This document shows positions 12,801 through 21,800 of a stretch of 64,000 nucleotides of DNA, piece after piece. The first letter of the stretch is position 1. Each line of letters begins with the position of its first letter. The DNA comes from Callorhinchus milii (lineage: Eukaryota). The DNA lies in assembly GCF_018977255.1 (NCBI RefSeq), contig NW_024704742.1, forward strand, positions 127,226,001 through 127,290,000, in the 5' to 3' direction. Under the pieces are notes generated by a model. That model saw nothing but the letters and a program-made list of their open reading frames with translations. It was not told the origin of the DNA and did no database searches. The position numbers and the translations under genes are program-made.

Positions 12801-15800
12801 CAGCAATCTGTTGTATTTGCCTACAAACTAGTCACTACACTTGACAGTGATTACCTATGAAGTGCTTTGAGACTTTTTGATATGATTAGGTGTTATAAGA
12901 ATGAACGCTCTTTCTTTGTTAACCTAAGCACTTTGAGACACCCTCCTGACATGAAAGGAACTATAATATATAACTATTATATAATAGATATAATCCTTGC
13001 ATTTAATATAACACATTGTCACGTCACTGAGACGTCTCAATGCGCTTCGCAGGATATACTGTAAAATGTAGCGACTGTATGTTTTGTGGGCAAACACAGC
13101 AGCCAATTTGCACCAGCAACATCCCACAAATATATATAACTATCAGATGTAAAATGTATTATGTGCTACCCTATAATATTTAAGTTTTAAAAATTCAGTG
13201 ATCTCTCAGGGTTTAGAAAGCTCTCTAAATGTGTTTCTTTTTATTTTAATATCTCGTAGATTGCTCTTGATGGCAGCCCCAACGCTCCCAGAATTCCTGA
13301 AGTCTACTTGGAAGCGGCAGTGGCTTTGCTGGGATCTGAGAGACACAATGATGTCATCACTGTTTGTGAGGAAATCATCACCAAGATGTCAGGTTTCCTC
13401 TCGGAAACATTAACTATTGAAATCCCTGTGAACACTGAAGACCCAGCATTGAACACCGGTTGTCGAACTCCTGCCTCTCGATTGTCAAGTGACCCACGGA
13501 CACTTTGGGCAGAGAAGAGGGAAAGCTTGAATTATAAGTTGTGGTCGGCGGCTGCGCTTTTATATCAAGGCCAGGCTTTTGCACTGCTGAAAAATAATAA
13601 GGAAGCAATTACTAATTTTAGCAGGTGAGTGAGTCACTGTTGTAACAGCAACTTGGATTTATATAGCGCCCTCCATGCCCAACGGCATCTCAAGAGTGCT
13701 TTACAGTAACGTATCTCAGCGCCAAGCCAGGGGGAGGGGGAGGAAGGTGACTAAAGGTGTGGTCGAAGAGAAAAGTGTTCAGCGGAGCCCTGAAAGTAAG
13801 AGGAGAGGGAGCGAGGCAAAGGGGGTGAGGAAGGGAGTTCCAGAGCCTCGGGGCACAGTGGCTGAAGGCACGGCCACCGAGGGTGGAGTGGAGGACTTGG
13901 AGCACGAGGAGGAGGCGAGACCCGGAGGAGCGAAGGCAACGGGTACTGTTTTGAGGAGAGAGGAAGTCAGAGAGGTGGGGGGTGCAGAGGAGTGGAGGGA
14001 TTTGAATACAAGGGTGAGGATCTTGAAATCGATCCTCTGTGGGACAGGCAGCCAGTGCAGTCTAGCAAGGACTGGGTTAATCGGGGAGCGGAGTTTGGTG
14101 CGGGTAAGAATGCGGGCGGCAGAGTTTTGAATGATTTGGATTTTATGGATGGTTGTGGATGGGAGACTGGCGAGGAGGGCGTGAGAAAAGTCCAGCCGAG
14201 AGGTGACAAACGCAAGGACTAGGGTTTCAGTGGCTTTCAGAGAGAGGTATTGGCGGAGGCGGGTGATGCGTCAGAGGTAGAAGGAGACGGTGCTGGTGAG
14301 GGACCGGATGTGGGGGAGGAAAGATAATTGGGGGTAGAACCTGACGCCTAGATTGCGTACTAGGTTGCGTATAACACAAAACCATTCCAGGAATGCAAGC
14401 TCTTTTTGGGCTGTATTCGGGATCTGATTGGCCCCTATAAAATTACAACCGCATTTATATAGCGCCCTTCACGCAGGATAGCGTCCCAGAGCGCTTAGAT
14501 AAACAGAAAGCTGGGTGGGAAGTGCTTACTCAGACAGTGGCCCCTGCTTACAGTCAATTAGATTCGAGTAATGTTTTGCAAATGGTTGAAAAGATGGCAA
14601 TATGTGGGGAGTTTTTCACTGGCCAAGAGGCAAGTGCCCATATTCCAAACCAGTGCAGCATAAATCTGTAAATACATTGTAAAGGGACTGCTTTTTACAA
14701 TGCTTCATTTCATCCCACTAATATGCCTCCTGCTCCCTGTATTGTCCAGAGGGTGCTGCCTCGATCCTCCCCCAGTTGCTGGTCACTCAACTCTCCCTTC
14801 TCTCCGCAGCCCTGGCCGACAAGATCAACCAGTCTCTCTCCTCAGGCTCTAAGAACATAAGAATTAGGAGCAGAAGTAGGCCATTCGGCCCCTCGAGCCT
14901 TCCCCGCCATTCGATAAGATCATGGCTGATCTTCAGACCTAACTCTAATTACCTGCCCTATCCCCATATCCCCTAATCCCTCTATTTTTTTAAAAATCTA
15001 TCAGTCTCAGCCTTGAAGATGTTCAAGGACTGAGCGTCTACAGCCTTCTGGGGTAGTGAATTCCATAAATTCACTACCCTCTGAGTGAAGAAATGTTTCC
15101 TCAACTCTGTTTTAAAAGGCTGACCCTTAATTTTAAGAATGTGACCCCTGGTTATAGATTCTCCTACCAGGGGAAACAGACCCTCAGTGTCTACTTTATC
15201 CAGCCCTTTAAGAATTTTATATGTTTCAATAAGATCTCCCCTCGTTCTTCTGTACTCTAGAGAATATAGCCCTAGTTTATTCAGCCTATCCTCATAGGTC
15301 AGTCCCCTCATCCCAGGAACTAACCGAATGAATCTACGCTGTACCCCCTCTAGGGCAAATATGTCCTTTTTTAAATAAGGAGACCAAAACTGCACACAAT
15401 ACTCTAGGTGCGGTCTCACCAAGGCCCTATACAGTTGCAGCAAGACTTCCCTTCTCTTGTACTCTAAACCTTTTGCAATGAACTCTAACATGCCGCTCAC
15501 CTTCTTACTTGATTGCTTCACCTGCAACTAACTTTTTGAGACTGGTGTACAAGGACACCCAAATCCCTCTGAACACTAACACTATCTAATTTCTCCCCCT
15601 CTAGAAAATAATCTGTTTTTCTATTTTTTCTACCTAGGTGAATAACTTCACACTTCCCCACATTAAATTCCATCTGCCCCCTACTCGCCCACTCCCCGAG
15701 CCTATCTATATCCCGTTGCAATCTTTTTGCATCATCCTCAGAGCTTACTCTCGCACCTAGTTTAGTGTCATCCGCAAATTTAGATACGTTACATTCAATG

Positions 15801-18800
15801 TCCTCGTCTAGATCATTGATGTAAATTGTAAATAGCTGAGGCCCAAGCACTGATCCTTGTGGCACTCCACTAGTCACATCCTGCCAATTCGAGAATGACC
15901 CGTTTATCCCTACTCTCTGTTTTCTACCCGTTTGCCACTCTTCAATCCATGCTAATATGTTCCCATTAATCCGTGGGCCTTAACCTTGTGCAATAGCCTT
16001 TTGTGTGGCACTTTGTCAAATGCCTTTTTAAAATCTAAATAAACTACATCTATTGGTTTCCCCCTATCTAACCTGCTAGATACATCTTCAAAAAACTCTA
16101 AAAGATTAGTTAAGCATGACTTCCCTTTTGTAAAGCCATGTTGACTCTGCCTAATCTTGTTATGGTCTTCCAGGAATCCCATAACGACATCTTTAATTAA
16201 GGACTCAAGAATTTTCCCTACCACTGATGTCAGACTAACTGGTCTATAGTTCCCCATCTTTTCTCTCCCACCCTTCTTAAATAGTGGTGTTACGTTTGCA
16301 ATCTTCCAATCAATGGGAACCGTTCCAGAATCCAGAGAATTTTGGAAGATCAAAGACAAGCCATCCACTATCTCAGTAGCCACCTCTTTTAAAACCCTAG
16401 GATGTAGGCCATCAGGTCCAGGAGATTTATCAGTTTTAAGACCTGACAATTTACCTAAAACCATTTCTTTACTAATATTAATTCCCCAAGTTGCTCGCTA
16501 ACATTTTCTTCTTGGTTCCCCTCTATTCTTGGTAGGTTTTCAGTGTCTTCTAAGGTGAAGACAGTAGCAAAGTACTTGTTTAATGACTCTGCCATGTCTT
16601 TGTCTCCTACTATAATTCCCCCCGTCTCTGCCTGTAGCGGACCCACATTTACCTTTGACAGCCTCTTCCTCTTTATATATTTATAAAAACTCTTGCAGTC
16701 TGTCTTTATATTCTTCGCTAGTTTGCCCTCAGGCTCTGTTCCACTCACCATGAAAACCGCTGTCATCACACCCCTCCTCAAAAGAACCACCCTTGATCCC
16801 TCCAACTTCTTGCACTACCGTCCCATCTCCAACCTCCCCTTCCTTGCCAAAGTCCTGGAACACATTGTTCCAGGTCAACTTCGGTTACACCTCTCCCTTC
16901 ACTCTCACCTCGAGCCCCTGCAGTCTGGTTTTCGCTCTGCCCACAGCACAGAGACAGCGCTTGTCAAAGTCGCAAACGACGTCCTCTCTTTCTGTGACCA
17001 GGGCTCCCTCTGCCTCCTTGTCCTCCTGGACCTCTCTGTTGTATTCAACACAGTAGACCTCCTTCACCGTCTCTCCTCCCTCATCCACCTTAGTGGGACC
17101 GGACTCACATGGTTCAAGTCGTACTTAATACTTAACTAATCGCTTCCATTGCATCTCAGCAAACGGTTTCTCCACCCGCCCCCACCCGTCACCTGCGGGG
17201 TACCCCAGGGCTCCATCCTTGGCCCTCTTCTTTTCCTTATCTATATGCTCCCTCTGGGCGATGTCATCCGCAGACATGGGGTAAACTTCCACATGTATGT
17301 GGATGACACACAAATCTACTTGCCTCCTCCAGTACCAACTCCAGTTTCACCGATGTTCTATCAGCTTGAGTGCAAACTTCCTGCAGCTGAATGTGGACGA
17401 CAACTGCGGATCTAAACTCCTCAACCTCCCTGGGCTCTCCTCAGACTCACTAAACCAGTGCACAATCTAGGCATCCGGCTCGACCCCCAGCTGTCCTTCC
17501 TTCCCCACATCTGGTCCCTGACCAGGATCACATTCTTTCAACTCTGCCTTTCCTTGCCAAAGTTCTGGAACGCATTGTTCCAGGTCAACTTCGGTCATAC
17601 CTGTCCCTCCTTCTGTCTGTAGCTTACCACAAATGCAGCCAAAACCCTCATGCATGTGCTTGTCACCTCCCACGTGGATTATTCCAACGCACTCCTCGCC
17701 GGTCTCCTCAGCTCCACTATTCAAAAGATCCAGCTCATTCAGAACTCTGCCGCCTGCATACTGACCTGGACCAAACTCCGTACCCACATCTCACCAGTTC
17801 GAGTCAGGCTTCACTGGCTCCCCATCACCGAACGAATCGACTTCAAGATCCTCACACTCATGTTCAAATCCCTTCACTCTCTGGCACCTCCCTACCTCTC
17901 TAACCTCACTCCCCAATCCACCACCCCTCACCTCCGCTTGATTGGCACCGGTCTCCTGCTCGTCCCTCGCACCTTCCACCCCACCATCGGAAGTCCTGCT
18001 TTCAGGCCCTGAAACTTTGGAACACTCCCTCAATCCCTCTGCCTTGCCCCCTCTCTCCCCTTTTTCAAGTCCCACCTGAAAACCTTCCTCTTCGACCGTG
18101 CTTACAGCCGTGGGAATGCATGGTGAAAGAAGAAGGTCTTGAGCTGGACCTTGAAGGAGCCAAGTGAATGGTGAGGCAAAGGAATGGAGTTCCAGAGGGT
18201 GGGGGCAGAAAGGATGAAGGCCTTTCACACACACCACCTATTGCTGCCTGACTACTTCTCCTCACTTGGTGTTTAGATCCTTAATAATAGCAGTAATTTT
18301 CAGTAACTAACACTACAAGAGCAACTTATTTCATGAACTGTTTTTAACTCTGTCTTAAGCTCCTGTGAGGTTAAACCCATATGCTATAAATAGAGTTATG
18401 CTGCTGCTTCATAGTGCAATGCTGTGGGTTTAGTTGTGGTTAGAGCATTTGCCTCACAAGTGTTAAGACCTGGGTACAATTCCTGGGTGGGCGAAACCTT
18501 AGGCAGGTTTCCTTACTCCATATGTCTGTTTATTGAGCAGGAAGTAGGAACTCGGTTGTTCGTTGATTGGTGGATTGCTTTCCGAGAGTAATAATCCCTC
18601 AAAAAAACAAAAATTGTGTCACTCAATCCACGACTGTTTGCGGGACACTGCTGTGTGCAATTTGCTGTTACGTTTCGCCCACAAAATACACAGTCAATCT
18701 ACTTCACAATATATTCTGTGAAGCACTTTGAGATGTCTCAATGACGTGATAAGGCGCTATATAAAATGTAACGATTATTAATTGTTTTTTACACAAAGTT

Positions 18801-21800
18801 TTGTCTTTACACTTGAAATTCCTAGCCATTTGTCCTTACCTAGAGCCCAATCATTTTGAAGGTGTGTCTCACTTTGAAGATGTCTCTCACTTTGAGTGAG
18901 AGCATCTTGATGACTCCCTTACAGTTCAGCTAACCCCAAATCATATATAGGGCAACATTGTTAAAAGACAGCTTCTGAAATAATTAATGTCTTAAGAATT
19001 GAGAATTATTTTTACGTTACAACAGCAGGAGGTCTTGTTTCATTACAACAAGCAATTTTTTTGTGCAGTTTGTGATATATTAATTGTCACAATGAGATCA
19101 TATGAGAGCGAACAGATACAATAGGTAATGATAATATATGTTGCGTTTTGGTAAATATTATAACTGGGTTACACACAGTATTGAAATGTGATTTTTTTTC
19201 GCCTCCCTCTTTGTCCGTAGATGCCTAAATTTGCTCCTTAAAGTTCAAATTGTGAATTTGCCTCATTCAGGTGAGTTATGTTCATTGTTTATAGTTAGGC
19301 AATGGGCTTTGTTCATTTATTTTCTTAATCCTTTTTTTCCTGTATTCAAATATATTGGTTTTGATTTGCTCAGTTGGGTGTCTGACAATGCGGAATCCCA
19401 TCACCATTTTTTCGAGTATCCAAACCAAACTGAGAATTCCACGCCTCCCACCAACACAAGGAAATACCAGAGATCGATTTTTGGAATGAACTGCGCACTC
19501 TCTCCCTGGAGGGATGCATCCTGCTTACCTAATTAGTATAATACCTTTCATATCGGTCCCAAAGCACTTTGCAAGATATACTGTGGAGTGTAAACCTATA
19601 CGTGTAGATGGTCTTAATTAACAGTAGAAGAACAGAACTAACTCAAAATTGTGGGTGTTTCTTCTGAGTGACTGCTAAATTAACAGGAGTTGTGTAAATG
19701 GCCTAAAAATAATAATAATATTTACATTTGCTATAATGCCTTTTGTGTCAGGGGGACGTGTTCAAAGTGTGCACAGCCAGATTGCTGGCCAGCAGACAAG
19801 TCCGTCAAGCCAAGTTAGCTTCCCGCATGCTAAAAATGGCTGACATCCAGGTCATAAGATTGTCACTGACATGACTTCTTGCTTTGTGCATGTGCAGCTC
19901 ACGGGAAGTGGCGTTGGCAGCAACTTGACTCAAAAGTTTTTGTTCAATGCGGGAACTGGCCAGCGCTGTATACTCATGTGCAGTGAATCCAGCTATCACG
20001 GCCTCATTAAAGCATGTACTCCTCTTCGACCGTGCTTTCGATCTCCCTGCTTCCCCCCCCTGCCCTCCACCCTCCCCCACCCCAGCCACCAGCTCGGGTC
20101 CGTGTCCAGCGCCTTGGGACGTCCTCCCGACGTGAAAGGCGCTATACAAATGTAATTTTGTTGTTGTGCTGGTATTTTATAGACATCAAACACCACATTA
20201 TAAGAGGGCTTCCCTGTATTGTCTCATTCTGCAAACCCTATTCCTGTGTGACGAATACAAGAGGGTGGGGTTACCCAAGTGCTGAAATTCTAAACAGGTC
20301 TAAACAGGTCTATCTATTCATCCCATGTAGCTCCTTCACACTTTTTTTGTCAATTTATGTTTTTCAGTCTAAAAGGAGAAAGTGATTGGTATATATGTAA
20401 ATGCATATTCTTTGAACAAAGAAAGACACTCCATAGACCCCAAAAATACTGAAAAAAAAGTTTATTAACAATAATAATAATACTTGCATTTGATATAGCA
20501 CCTTATCATGTCTTCGAGACGTCTCAAATAAATGGCAAAATATGCTGGAGACAAATGGGTCAATCTGTTTAACACCATTATATTTACAGTGGAGTTTAGT
20601 TATCACAAAGTCTACTTATACTGGACGTTTGGTCATACTTATCAATCAGCTTAGCCTAAACCTACCCGCACATTAGCATTTGGTTATGATAACTGCCCTC
20701 TGATTACAATAATCAGATTCATTGAATCGGGGATTATTCACACCAGCTTCACCACACCTATCTTCTGTTCAAAAAAAACTTTAACCATCTGCTTCACAGT
20801 TCTGACTTCTTTCATCCATCATTCATCCTCCGTCTCTTGTGGTAGTGAACAAATGTGCATCTACACAAAAGAAATTGCTGCGACCACTATATTAGCAAAC
20901 CTGTTGAAATGTGACTACGTTTTCTGTCTACACAGTGAGTGCTGCCAATGTGCTTGGGCAAACTGAGAGGAGAAAACTGCACAAGATGCCCATTTGCACA
21001 TCAACAAAATAATCCCGCAAATAAAATAAACAGACATNAAAAAAAGGTCTTTTTTTTTTACAGGAGACCCTGGTGAACAGTGTGAATCGTTGAAAGAGAT
21101 CATGACAGAACTCAACACCTTACAGAAGCTGAAAGCTTTGGCTTTTATTGGAAAAGGTCTGCAGTTGACTGAAAGAGATCAGGACCGGGAGGCACTGCAA
21201 CATTTCCAGCTGAGTCTACAAGCCTCCCCTGGTAGGTAACAGTCTTGGATCAAAGTTGTCAACCTTGTCCAGCTTTTTTGTTTTACCATTGAAAGCATCT
21301 TTGTTTTGTCGTTCCAGCTCACTGCAGCATTTATTTCTAAGTGTTCATGAATGTTTTGTTTGTCCAGGCTCATTGTTAACTATTTTTAAGCACATTTTTT
21401 TCAATAACAAGTGGGCAGTAATGCATATTTTTAGATTTTTTTGGATTCAAAGAGAGCTCTATTCAAATATTCAAAGAGAGCTTTGCATCATCCATAGTAC
21501 CATAGACATTTATTGCACAGAAGAAGGCCATTTGGCTCATTGTGGCTGTGCCAGCTTCCTCAAGAGCAATCCTTTTAGTGTAATTTACCTGCCTCTTCCC
21601 CATACTCCTATAGCTGACTCTTTTTAAGGTATTGTCTAGTTCCCTCTTAAAGGCTAGTATGGATTCTGTCAGCGACTTGGGACGTCCTCCTGACGTGAAA
21701 GGCACTATGCAAATGTAATTTGTTGTTGTTGCCTCAACCTCTGCTCCTGGCAGGGCATTCCATGTCCTAATTACTCTGGGCATGAAACATTTTCTCCTAA

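Noticed and set aside
16455..17139. ORFs appearing to fuse two reverse transcriptase types
   Set aside because: Chance read-through across the CR1/L2 insertion junction.
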